DNA from: Ignavibacteriales bacterium
GTDB lineage: Bacteria > Bacteroidota > Ignavibacteria > UBA10030 > SZUA-254
Reading direction: 5' to 3'
Length of the DNA: 64,000 bases
Assembly (NCBI GenBank): GCA_016214905.1
Contig: JACRMQ010000007.1
Location: 631,695-695,694, forward strand
In this document: piece after piece, positions 1-9,312 of the stretch
How the letters are laid out: each line of letters starts with the position of its first letter
Position numbering within the stretch: the stretch's first letter is position 1
The notes under the pieces: model-generated
Databases searched by the model: none
Told to the model about the DNA's origin: nothing
Seen by the model: the letters and a program-made list of their open reading frames with translations, nothing else
Program-made: the position numbers and the translations under genes

Positions 1-1
1 T

Positions 2-166
2 GAACAATCGGTGGGTGATAACCTGGATTTGCTTATGACACGAATACAAAATGTACCCGAAGTACCGGTAAATCCGTATAACTTAAATCCAGCTGTTTTC
101 GATTCAACACGGAGAGCGTTAGCTAGAGCTGGGTATAACTTTGATGAATTTGAGAACAATGATTAA
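2..166 (+). CDS. 3' end of an upstream gene (partial, product unknown)
   Basis: Frame is open from the window edge (...NPAVFDSTRRALARAGYNFDEFENND*) and ends at TAA 164-166. Same strand as the following operon. No recognisable motif. Confidence 0.35.
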   Translation, partial: EQSVGDNLDLLMTRIQNVPEVPVNPYNLNPAVFDSTRRALARAGYNFDEFENND

Positions 167-197
167 AACAAAAAAATAATTTAAGAAAGGATAAACA

Positions 198-746
198 ATG
201 ATCGACTCAAAAACTGTATTGTTAGGACAAACAATAGCCTACACCCTTTATGTCCTTGCTATCATGTTGGTGGTGGGCTGGTTTGCCTATAAGGTTACAA
301 GAGATAAAGGTACCAATCAAATTAAACCGGCTCTTTTTTATTCATTCGTCGGATTACTTGTTGTCATCGGTGTCTCGTTGCATATCGCTACGCATGAAAC
401 TATACCATGGAAACCGATGGATCTGAATCGGGCGGAGATTCAGGCGGATCGGGAATTCAACATCTCGGTTGCAGACCACAAGTTCTTGCTTCCTTCGGAA
501 AAGTTAATGATCAAAACAAACGAAAAGGTGAGATTCAATGTAACTTCAAATGATCTGACATACGGTTTCGGATTGTTCCGAAAAGATAATTCGATGGTCT
601 TCCAAATGCAGGTAATTCCCGGACACAATAACGATATCCTCTGGCAATTCGACCGCGCGGGTGTTTATTCAATCCGCTCGACAGAATATTCCGGCTGGAA
701 GGGGATTACCATGATCGTCCGTGACGCAGTTGAAGTAACCGATTAA
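198..746 (+). CDS. Cupredoxin-type subunit II-like protein of a heme-copper oxidase family enzyme, CuA site absent
   Basis: 182 aa with an N-terminal TM segment followed by a beta-rich domain. Where ba3/aa3 subunit II carries the CuA loop CxExCGxxHxxM, this protein reads STEYSGWKGITM (both Cys are Ser, the His is missing). Sits 22 nt upstream of the subunit I gene. Confidence 0.65.
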   Translation: MIDSKTVLLGQTIAYTLYVLAIMLVVGWFAYKVTRDKGTNQIKPALFYSFVGLLVVIGVSLHIATHETIPWKPMDLNRAEIQADREFNISVADHKFLLPSEKLMIKTNEKVRFNVTSNDLTYGFGLFRKDNSMVFQMQVIPGHNNDILWQFDRAGVYSIRSTEYSGWKGITMIVRDAVEVTD

Positions 747-768
747 ATTTCCATAAACGAAAGAGAGA

Positions 769-2397
769 ATGAATATGAGCTTTATACAAACATTTATAAA
801 CGGCGAGCAAGGTTTATTTAAGCCGAACACCCTTACGCCGATGCAGAAGCTTGCATTACGATTCGTCGTTGTGGGCTTGCTTTATTACGGTTTGGCTGTT
901 GTCGAAGGAATGATCATGCGTTTATACGAGGTCGCTCCTTTTTCACTCGTTTCAAACGAACAGTTCTTTGCCATACTAACCGCACATCCGTTAGTTGGAA
1001 TTTTTGGCTCGACATATTCCATAGTTTTCGGAGCGTTCTTATTCCTCGTTCCGTTTCTTATGAAAAAACCATTATGGAGTATCAAACTTGGCAATTGGAC
1101 ATTGTGGTTAATTGCCGTGGGAACTTTTCTTTTCTGGTTCTCCGGGTTCGTTTCGCACTACAGTCCGCTCTACACACTTTACTGGCCCCTGCCGGCAGAC
1201 TTCACTCAGTTCAGTGTGGTTGGTGGAATATTCTTCATCCTCGGTATTGCGATAGTGATGGTGGGTACTATTTTCTTCGTCATAAATATCTTCAAGACAA
1301 TAACCTATACTCCACAAGGATGGGAAAAACAAAATGGCGGCGCCTTGCTGAAATCGGCGCTTGGCTTGACAGGACTAGGAAATCTTTTTTCTAAAAAGAA
1401 GAAGGAACATTTAGTCTCTTTACCGGTTGCCGCTATTGCAAGAGGCACAGTCGATACGGCATTCAACGCAGGCATCATCGTTTTCACCGGTGTGCTGATT
1501 CTCGTTTATATGGTTGCGGAGCTTTTTGGAGTCAGTTTAAAACATTCGGCAGTTGATGCACTGCTTTATAAAAACTGGTTCTGGTGGGGACTTGACCTCA
1601 TTGCCGATGGATTAGTATTAATATTTGTTGCCGGTACGTGGTATTTACTTGCGACGATGATTACCGGAAAAAAACTTTTCATGGAGAATGTTGCGCGTGC
1701 CGCATTGTTCGTTGAGATGGTTGTCTCGTGGACAGTTTGGTCACATCATTTGATGTCCGATCAGGCACAACCGGGTATTCTAAAAATTGTTTCCGGTGAG
1801 ATGGTAACCGCATTTGAACTTATTACGCAAGGTCTGGCATTTTTCATAACGCTTGTAACTCTCTGGAGTGCGAGACCGCTCAAAATGACTCATCCGTTAA
1901 AATTCTTGCTCGGCGGATTATTGGGATTTGCCTTAGCAGTTCCTGCCGGGATTATGCAGGCAGATTTGGGCTTGAATAGAATTCTCCATAACACGCAATG
2001 GATCGTAGGTCCACACGTGCATGTTGCAATATTAGTTGGTCTGACAATGACATTATATTCCGCGATCTATTTGTTATTACCGATTCTCACGAACGGCGCA
2101 AAATTGTACAGCGATAAACTTGCAAGCTTCCATTTCTGGGCGCACCTGATCGGGGGAATCGGGATGGGCGCTTTTATGGGCATGGCGGGATTGCAGGGAA
2201 TGCTGCGGCGGACAATTTATTTTGAAGGTGAATTTACTCGTTATATGATTCTCGCGGCTCTTTCGGGTTCATTGCTGTTGATTGCATTCCTCGCGTTTTT
2301 CTATAACATAGTTATGACGGTGGGATTGAACGGAGTAATAGGAATCTTTTCTCCATCGAAATTAAAAACGAAGGATTTGATTCCGGCAAGTAAATAG
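769..2397 (+). CDS. Heme-copper oxidase superfamily catalytic subunit I (B-family-like, atypical active site)
   Basis: 542 aa polytopic membrane protein. HH pair in WSHHLMSD and H-x-H heme-ligand pair in GPHVHVAIL. The segment FWWGLDLIADGL aligns, from memory, with T. thermophilus ba3 FWWTGHPIVYFW, so the first CuB His and the cross-linked Tyr are both Asp. Confidence 0.85.
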   Translation: MNMSFIQTFINGEQGLFKPNTLTPMQKLALRFVVVGLLYYGLAVVEGMIMRLYEVAPFSLVSNEQFFAILTAHPLVGIFGSTYSIVFGAFLFLVPFLMKKPLWSIKLGNWTLWLIAVGTFLFWFSGFVSHYSPLYTLYWPLPADFTQFSVVGGIFFILGIAIVMVGTIFFVINIFKTITYTPQGWEKQNGGALLKSALGLTGLGNLFSKKKKEHLVSLPVAAIARGTVDTAFNAGIIVFTGVLILVYMVAELFGVSLKHSAVDALLYKNWFWWGLDLIADGLVLIFVAGTWYLLATMITGKKLFMENVARAALFVEMVVSWTVWSHHLMSDQAQPGILKIVSGEMVTAFELITQGLAFFITLVTLWSARPLKMTHPLKFLLGGLLGFALAVPAGIMQADLGLNRILHNTQWIVGPHVHVAILVGLTMTLYSAIYLLLPILTNGAKLYSDKLASFHFWAHLIGGIGMGAFMGMAGLQGMLRRTIYFEGEFTRYMILAALSGSLLLIAFLAFFYNIVMTVGLNGVIGIFSPSKLKTKDLIPASK

Positions 2398-2413
2398 TTA
2401 TTCTTTAAATTGT

Positions 2414-2448
2414 AAAGCCCATTCTGATGAATATTCAGGGTGGGCTTT
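2414..2448 (+). terminator. Rho-independent terminator candidate after the oxidase operon
   Basis: Perfect 8-bp stem aaagccca (2414-2421) / tgggcttt (2441-2448), 17 nt after the stop codon. The trailing T-run is weak (agtattt). Confidence 0.5.
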
Positions 2449-3012
2449 AGTATTTGTGAGAATAAGAAGCCTAGGGTGGAGATGTATAAGTAATAAATGT
2501 TATTTTGTTTTGATATTGATTTTTGCACCCTTGTTGAAGGCTGATGAAACACTCAATGCACAATCCCAAAAATATCAAGTTGTATTTCAGTGATACCCTG
2601 TTAAAAAGAAGCCGAAGATTTATCTCGGGGTCACAAATAAATAAGCCGAATCTTTTCAGAATCGGCATTCAGTGTAGCGGGGGCGTGCGTTGCAGATGAT
2701 AGAAAGATAATCTCATTACCGGAAGAGCTATTTCTCTATCCAATTCTGGAAAATGTGCATTAACTCCTATATGAAACAGTAATATTTCTTTGTGTCATTT
2801 ATAATTAAGCTAACCATACTCTGCCTATTGATGGGGTTTAGAGGTTTTTCCATATCTCTATTACGTTCTGATAATTTACGCTCGTTGAGGATTTGCTTTT
2901 TCTCAAGTTACGCAGCCATTCGCTCGCGACTGTCCCACGATTGAAGAGAGAAGAAAACTCATGGACAGAATAATTCGCGGGACAGAAAATCGTCGCTCGC
3001 TCATAGACGGTT

Positions 3013-3146
3013 GCGGAATGTTACACGGGCTATGCCCTCGTTCCGCTTCTTCGCTCCGCGAACGGTGCGGAACATCGAGAAGTCCGCAATGCGTGCGATC
3101 GAATCGTGAGCAAAAAAAGCTCACGTTCGCCCTCACTGCGGACTTC
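3013..3146. repeat. GC-rich cluster of nested and mutually exclusive hairpins in a 1.1 kb gene-free region
   Basis: ttccgc (3041-3046) can pair with gcggaa (3013-3018) or with gcggaac (3067-3073). There is a 10-bp outer stem gaagtccgca (3079-3088) / tgcggacttc (3137-3146) enclosing cgtgagc-a7-gctcacg (3105-3125). Local GC is far above the flanks. Confidence 0.45.
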
Positions 3147-3569
3147 CCGCGCAACAAAATGTGATATTTTTCTACACCTAGCTACCCTCTAAAAGAATAG
3201 TTATACTAGTAGAATTGTCTTTTGGTCCCGAGCTATTGTCCATAAAAAGATCTGCCCGTTGATATCGATCTTCCTACCGCATAAAAAACAACAGGAAATA
3301 TTTCTTCCGGCTTCTTCGATTTTATTAAAAAATTTAATGTCTTTGTTCTCTTGCATTTCCCCTTTTGATGTGTTATATCAACGGCACATAAACGCTATTA
3401 GTGCCATTAATATATTTGGGATATTGAAATTTGAATCCAGTTTTTCACAATCCTACTTGCTTTCTTCTCTAATACCTCGTATATTTGTACGATAATATTG
3501 AGTAATTAGCAAGTGAATACTTGTAGATTACCTGTAAATCTCAGCAATTTTTACGATATTTACGAGATA

Positions 3570-4379
3570 ATGGCAATAGACGAAAAAGACATACGAGTAT
3601 TTTTTGAATCTCATCCTGTTTTCACTATAGACGAACTCCGAGAATTTTATTCGCTTTCGGATAACAGTCGAGAAGCTTCCGATATAATCCTCTACAATAA
3701 GAGGATGGAACGAATAGGAAGGATAAGGGATGGTTTATACTTTTCCGTTCGACCAGGTCAAAACACTCAGCACACATCGGTCGATCCATATTTAGTTGCA
3801 TCAAAGCTTGCACCCGACGCAGTGCTTGCCTTTCACACAGCGCTTGACCTTTTGGGTTTTGGCCACAGCATCTTCAACACTTATTACTATTTCTCAAATC
3901 GGTTCCGTCCGGCATTTCGGTTCCAGAATGGACATTTCCGTGCTGTCGTAACTCCCGAGAAACTGCAAAAGAAATCACAGGTAAACTTCGGTACAGAAAA
4001 AGTTGAACGCCTTGGTATGAAGTTTCTTGTCACAGGGAAAGAGCGAACACTCGTGGAAGCTCTTGAGCGGCCGCAGTGTTGTGGTGGCTTTGAGGAAATG
4101 TACCGCTCGTTAGAAAAAATACCATATCTGCAACCGGATGTCATCCTCGGCTATCTTCAACTCCGTGAGCAAAAAAATCTATACGCTCGAGTGGGATTCT
4201 TTCTAGAACAACACCGAAACGATTTTCATGTTGAAGAATCATTCCTTGAGAAGTTACGCCGAAATGTTTCTACACAACCTGTGTACTGGGTTACAACTCG
4301 TAAGGGAGGTGTTCTTGCGAAAAGGTGGAATTTGATCGTACCCGAAGCGGTTATGCATCGCAAGTGGGAGGAGTTCTGA
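3570..4379 (+). CDS. AbiEi-like antitoxin/transcriptional regulator (type IV TA), assigned mainly by pairing
   Basis: The stop overlaps the start of the AbiEii-type gene (TGATG at 4377-4381). Size and position are typical of AbiEi, but I recognise no diagnostic motif. ATG 3570 is preferred over the GTG at 3513 used by the ORF track. Confidence 0.6.
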   Translation: MAIDEKDIRVFFESHPVFTIDELREFYSLSDNSREASDIILYNKRMERIGRIRDGLYFSVRPGQNTQHTSVDPYLVASKLAPDAVLAFHTALDLLGFGHSIFNTYYYFSNRFRPAFRFQNGHFRAVVTPEKLQKKSQVNFGTEKVERLGMKFLVTGKERTLVEALERPQCCGGFEEMYRSLEKIPYLQPDVILGYLQLREQKNLYARVGFFLEQHRNDFHVEESFLEKLRRNVSTQPVYWVTTRKGGVLAKRWNLIVPEAVMHRKWEEF

Positions 4380-5338
4380 TGTTTTCTAAGGAGTATCTTA
4401 CAAAGCTTTCTAATAAGTCCGGGTTTCGCCCTGATAGTTTACAAAAACAAATGACGCTTCTTGATCTATTGCGAGAAATAAACAGACATCCGCTTCTCAG
4501 TAAACAATTTGCCCTGAAAGGTGGTACCGCCATAAATCTTTTCTGGTTTCAGTTGCCGCGTCTCTCGGTGGATATTGATCTTAATTATGTTGGCAGTCCG
4601 GATCGGGAAACGATGCTTAGGGATCGTACCCAATTAGAAAAGGAAGTTAAAAAACTCATTCAATCACGCGGTATCTCAGTTGAGAATGCTCCTGCAGAAC
4701 ATGCTGGTGCCAAATGGCGTCTGCGAGCGCCCAATGCTTTCGGTAGCAATTTTACACTCGAAGTTGATCTCAATTTCATTATGCGAGTTCCAGTGTGGGG
4801 TTTGGAGATGATGAAGCCGTATCCCTTAGATGAAGATTATCTGTTCAATTGTAACATTGTATCGTTTGAAGAGTTATTCGCTGGTAAAATCAAGGCATTG
4901 TTTGATCGTTCAGCATCAAGGGATTTGTATGATGTGTATAAATTGTCCCAAAGTTCGATAACATACGATGCGGATAAGTTAAGAAAAAATTTGATCCTGT
5001 TTGGTGTCACATGTAATGATGATTGGAGAAAGAAAGATTTTCGGACTATTGATGATGTGAATCAGAAAATGATAGATGAGCTACTTAGCCCGCTTCTCAG
5101 AGCCACCGAGTTGGTTGATCTTGATAATATAAAGAAAGTCTCGAAAGTATTTCTTTCCACTCTTATGGATTATAATAAGAGCGAACATCTCTTCATGAAC
5201 CGTTTCTTGGATGAAGGAATATATGAACCCGAACTCCTTTTTACTGATGTTAATCAATCCGAACGATTGAAGAATCATCCTGCTGTCTTGTGGAAATTAC
5301 AGAATCATCGAAAACATTTGGGTCTTGATAGGAAATAA
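4379..5338 (+). CDS. AbiEii/AbiGii-family nucleotidyltransferase toxin
   Basis: FALKGGTAINLFWFQLPRLSVDIDLNY matches the GG(T/S)A...DxD nucleotidyltransferase core of the DUF1814/AbiEii family. ATG 4379 overlaps the upstream stop; the longer ORF start at 4325 would overlap by 55 nt. Confidence 0.85.
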   Translation: MFSKEYLTKLSNKSGFRPDSLQKQMTLLDLLREINRHPLLSKQFALKGGTAINLFWFQLPRLSVDIDLNYVGSPDRETMLRDRTQLEKEVKKLIQSRGISVENAPAEHAGAKWRLRAPNAFGSNFTLEVDLNFIMRVPVWGLEMMKPYPLDEDYLFNCNIVSFEELFAGKIKALFDRSASRDLYDVYKLSQSSITYDADKLRKNLILFGVTCNDDWRKKDFRTIDDVNQKMIDELLSPLLRATELVDLDNIKKVSKVFLSTLMDYNKSEHLFMNRFLDEGIYEPELLFTDVNQSERLKNHPAVLWKLQNHRKHLGLDRK

Positions 5339-5358
5339 CGAATATCATCTAACTTTTT

Positions 5359-7998
5359 ATGTCTGAACGTCATACACGAAAAACCCTGATTGACCCACTT
5401 CTCGAAGAAGCCGGATGGAGTGTTGTGGCTTCGAAGGATGGTTTGGATTATCGTAAATATTCGAACCATGCTCTCGAAGAATTCCCGACTGCCAACGGTC
5501 CTGCTGATTATGCTCTCGTTCAAAATGGTGAGATCGTGGGTATAGTGGAAGCAAAGAAAGAGGAACTCAGTCCACAGAATGTTTTAAACCAAGCAAAACG
5601 CTATGCACTCGGTGTTGAACAGAGTTCGTTTGATTTCAATGGCTATCGTGTGCCGTTTCTCTATTCCACTAATGGTCGTCAAATATGGTTCGAAGATATT
5701 AGAAGAATTGGTAGCCGTTCGAGAGAGATTAAAAATTTTCACACACCTGATGCCTTGCAAGAATTATTGCAGAAGGATGATCAGGGTGCTCGTGTGTGGC
5801 TTCAAGGTAATCATATTCCTGATGATTTCTTGAGACCATATCAAATAAAAGCCATCCAAAAAATTGAAGAAGCACTTCTTGTAAACAGACGCCGTATGCT
5901 CGTGGCAATGGCAACTGGTACAGGGAAGACACTCACGACAATATCTCTTCTTTATCAACTATTGAAATCTGGATACGCTAAGCGCATCTTATTCCTTGTT
6001 GATCGCCGCGCCTTGGCTGCGCAAGCTGTAAGTGCAATGGCAGCATTCGAAGCAGAACCCGGAATCAAGTTCGATAGAGCATATGAAGTGTACAGCCAGC
6101 GGTTTCAAAGAGAAGATCTTGACGAAGACGTTAAATTCGATCCAAAAGTTTTGCCGAATCATTATCTCACTGACCCCGATCCCGGCCATGCGTTCATTTA
6201 TGTTTGTACAGTACAGCGCATGCAAATCAATCTGTTTGGTAAAAGTTCTGTTTTCGGTTCCGGCGATATTGATGTGGATGAAGAAGCTGAAAAACTCCAT
6301 ATCCCGATCCATGCATTCGATTGTATCATTGCCGATGAATGTCATCGGGGATATACATCGGCGGAAGAAAGTAGATGGCGCGAGGTGCTCGATCATTTCG
6401 ATGCTGTTAAAATCGGGCTTACTGCTACACCGGCTGCTCACACAAAAGCGTATTTCACAGATGTTGTTTATCGCTACGATTATGAGCAAGCTGTGCGGGA
6501 GGGATTTCTTGTAGACTATGATTCTGTACGCATCCATTCCGATGTCCGTATAAAAGGAATCTTTCTACAGGAAGGGGAAGAAGTAAAACTAAAGGATCCT
6601 CAAACTGGTCAAATGTCGCTTGATATCCTTGAGGATGAGCGAGAATTTGATCCTACTGATATTGAAAAGAAAATTACATCAACCGATTCTAATCGTAAGA
6701 TTGTGAACGAGTTTGCAAAATACGCTCATGAGCAGGAACAGAAACTTGGAAGATTTCCGAAAACATTAATCTTTGCTCAAAACGATTTACCGCATACTTC
6801 ACACGCCGACCAGCTTGTTTCAATGCTCCGTGATGAATTTAATCGTGGCGATGATTTTGTCCAGAAGATCACTGGCTCTCCTACTGTTGATAGACCTCTG
6901 CAGTTGCTCAGAAAGTTTCGGAACCGCCCAGAGCCGGGGATCGTTGTCACGGTCGATATGCTTTCTACTGGTGTTGATGTTCCGAAGATTGAAAACATTG
7001 TCTTTATTCGTCCGGTGAAATCTCGTATACTCTTCGAGCAAATGATGGGGAGAGGAACACGTAAATGCGACGAGATCAACAAATCTAATTTCACTGTGTT
7101 CGATACGCTTGGTGTATTGGAATACTTTGCGAAAGCAAGTGCCTTTACAATTGATCCACCAGAGAAACCAACCCGCACTCTCCGTGAGATCATCGATGAT
7201 ATTTATAACAACAAAGACTCAGATTATAATGTCAAAGTTCTTATCAGGCGATTCCAGCGGATTCATAAAAACGTCACCTCCGAGGGTCGCCGGGAACTTG
7301 CCAAGTTTATTCCGAATGGTGATATCGGTGCTTTCGCCAAAGATTTGCCGCGCAAGTTAAAGCATGAGTGGACAAATACAATGAACTTTCTGAAAAATAG
7401 TGAGTTTATCGAACTGTTGGAGAACTATCCTCGTGCAAAACCTGTCTTCATCATTGATGATGTTACTGAGGATACTGTCACATCTGAAGTATTAATAAGA
7501 GGCAAGTACAAACCTGTGGATTATATTCAAGCTTTTACCAAGTTTGTGAAAGAGAATGTTGCCACGTATGAGGCGCTCGGTATCTTGCTTAACCGTCCAA
7601 AGGATTTCAAAACGGAGCTGCTATACCAGATACGAAAGACACTTGAAACTCAGCCGGAACAGTTCACCGAGAAAAATCTTCGTAAAGCGTATCAACACGA
7701 ATTGGCTGATATCATCTCGATCATCAAACACGCCGCGAAAAATGAACCTCTGTTGTCTGCTCAAGAGCGTGTTGACCAAGCAATTACAAAGATTAAACAC
7801 CGACACCAATTCACGCCTGAGCAGGAGGGCTGGCTAAAACTGATTCGTGACCATCTTGCTCAAAATCTCTTGATTGATGAAAGGGATTTCAAAGTGATTC
7901 CCTTCTCTCGACGTGGTTCATGGAAAGTTGCTGATAAGGTATTTGAAGGGAAACTCAAAGAGTTATTGAAAGAAATTAATGAAGCGATGGTAGCATAA
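5359..7998 (+). CDS. hsdR: Type I restriction endonuclease subunit R
   Basis: N-terminal PD-(D/E)xK-like motif (PADYALV...GIVEAKK). SF2 helicase motif I MATGTGKT, motif II ADECHRG, motif VI QMMGRGTRK. The long C-terminal helical extension resembles EcoEI-type R subunits. Sits in an operon with hsdM/hsdS. Confidence 0.9.
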   Translation: MSERHTRKTLIDPLLEEAGWSVVASKDGLDYRKYSNHALEEFPTANGPADYALVQNGEIVGIVEAKKEELSPQNVLNQAKRYALGVEQSSFDFNGYRVPFLYSTNGRQIWFEDIRRIGSRSREIKNFHTPDALQELLQKDDQGARVWLQGNHIPDDFLRPYQIKAIQKIEEALLVNRRRMLVAMATGTGKTLTTISLLYQLLKSGYAKRILFLVDRRALAAQAVSAMAAFEAEPGIKFDRAYEVYSQRFQREDLDEDVKFDPKVLPNHYLTDPDPGHAFIYVCTVQRMQINLFGKSSVFGSGDIDVDEEAEKLHIPIHAFDCIIADECHRGYTSAEESRWREVLDHFDAVKIGLTATPAAHTKAYFTDVVYRYDYEQAVREGFLVDYDSVRIHSDVRIKGIFLQEGEEVKLKDPQTGQMSLDILEDEREFDPTDIEKKITSTDSNRKIVNEFAKYAHEQEQKLGRFPKTLIFAQNDLPHTSHADQLVSMLRDEFNRGDDFVQKITGSPTVDRPLQLLRKFRNRPEPGIVVTVDMLSTGVDVPKIENIVFIRPVKSRILFEQMMGRGTRKCDEINKSNFTVFDTLGVLEYFAKASAFTIDPPEKPTRTLREIIDDIYNNKDSDYNVKVLIRRFQRIHKNVTSEGRRELAKFIPNGDIGAFAKDLPRKLKHEWTNTMNFLKNSEFIELLENYPRAKPVFIIDDVTEDTVTSEVLIRGKYKPVDYIQAFTKFVKENVATYEALGILLNRPKDFKTELLYQIRKTLETQPEQFTEKNLRKAYQHELADIISIIKHAAKNEPLLSAQERVDQAITKIKHRHQFTPEQEGWLKLIRDHLAQNLLIDERDFKVIPFSRRGSWKVADKVFEGKLKELLKEINEAMVA

Positions 7999-8034
7999 GA
8001 ATCTGCATACATTAACAAAATAAGGACTGTTAAA

Positions 8035-9312
8035 ATGACAGAATTACAATCAGATTATGTTCTAGTTCCACCTGGAAAAGAACCAAGTGAAAGAATTATA
8101 ACTTTAATTAAAGATTTTAGAACACAGATAGAAATTCTCGAGGTTAAGAACGCACAACAAATCCAATTGTTCCAGGATGGAAAGAACGATGCCTATTATA
8201 TTGACACGCACATTCTTTCAAGTGTGGTTGGAGATTTTCTAGATTACGCCGCTTCTCTTGATCCAGAAGAACAAGAAGAAATTAAAGCCAATAGAAATCT
8301 ACAATCAATCCACAAAGCATTCTTGAGGATGCAGGATGATGCTAAAAAAGGTCGTCAGTTCAATGACATAATTGTTGAGTTCCTTCCTACAGGAACCAAA
8401 GCTGATAAACCATTGAAGATTTTTGGAGGACAACATAGATCTAAATCTATCGAGGAAGCAGTAAAAAGTGGAATCGAACGTTATCATGGTTTTCGAGTTT
8501 ATTTTGGATTGACGGTTCACCAGCGAAGTGACATTGCTCAGGTATCTAATACCAACATAAGCGTACCGATCGATCTTTTTGATAGGATGCAAGAAACACT
8601 AATTGGACCGGAATTACGAAATTGGTGTCGAAAAATTGGTTTGTTAGGTACTAAAGATGATTTCGCTGAAAGAAAAAATTCAGAAGGTATAATTACTGCA
8701 AGGATGGCTAGAACCTTTGTTGTCAACTATATCATTGGGAAAGAAATCAAAGGTGTTTCAATGAACAAACCCTTTGAGAATCTAGTAGGTAATGATGCAA
8801 ATGAAAAATATATTTCTCTTTCCCAAGATCAAAGACAGCAATATTTTAACGATCCTGATTTACTGGCCGCTGGCAAGCAATTTGCTTTATTACATAAGAC
8901 TCAAATGGAACGTGTGAAGAGTGACACGGAGCTATCTAAAATTAACGAATTCAAGACAAAGGCACTTACTCCTAGTGTTTTATCTGCCTGGTTTTTTTGT
9001 TCGGGTTTACTTCAAAGAGATAAGAAGAAATTGGAAAAATTATATCAACTTCCCTTGAAATCAAAGGGAAAGAATCCACTTGCTGTGAAGGAAATGTCTG
9101 AATATAAACATCAATCGGATCCCAAAACCTATCGAGGATTAGGTACTCGAACTGAAAAGAAGGAGAGAGGAAAGTTGATTGAATTATTTTTACTCTATTC
9201 TGATAAGCAAGAACCTAAAATAACAACTCCTCTTATCGATGCTGCAGTCACAAACTATTTGTCGTACATACTGATTGAAGAGCGAAAGAAAAAAGCGGCT
9301 AAAATAAAATGA
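8035..9312 (+). CDS. ParB/Srx-fold (DGQHR/DGQQR-box-like) protein of unknown function, nested in the R-M operon
   Basis: 425 aa. LKIFGGQHRSKSIEEA resembles the DGQHR box of DndB-type proteins and the DGQQR box of DUF262-type ParB-like domains. The remaining ~280 aa has no motif I recognise. The stop overlaps the next start (ATGA at 9309-9312). Confidence 0.5.
   Translation: MTELQSDYVLVPPGKEPSERIITLIKDFRTQIEILEVKNAQQIQLFQDGKNDAYYIDTHILSSVVGDFLDYAASLDPEEQEEIKANRNLQSIHKAFLRMQDDAKKGRQFNDIIVEFLPTGTKADKPLKIFGGQHRSKSIEEAVKSGIERYHGFRVYFGLTVHQRSDIAQVSNTNISVPIDLFDRMQETLIGPELRNWCRKIGLLGTKDDFAERKNSEGIITARMARTFVVNYIIGKEIKGVSMNKPFENLVGNDANEKYISLSQDQRQQYFNDPDLLAAGKQFALLHKTQMERVKSDTELSKINEFKTKALTPSVLSAWFFCSGLLQRDKKKLEKLYQLPLKSKGKNPLAVKEMSEYKHQSDPKTYRGLGTRTEKKERGKLIELFLLYSDKQEPKITTPLIDAAVTNYLSYILIEERKKKAAKIK

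Noticed and set aside
2903-3164. Tracked ORFs 2903-3157 (-) and 2961-3164 (+), 84 and 67 aa.
   Set aside because: They are mirror-image ORFs over a GC-rich hairpin cluster, with Arg/Ser/Cys-rich composition and no RBS or motif. They are better explained as structured repeats.
3420-3450. tRNA-like T-loop fragment (tttgaatcc), and a general search for a tRNA/tmRNA integration target next to the islands.
   Set aside because: The surrounding sequence is AT-rich and cannot form acceptor, D or anticodon stems. No GGTTCGA(A/T)TCC-type T-arm with matching stems was seen anywhere in the window.
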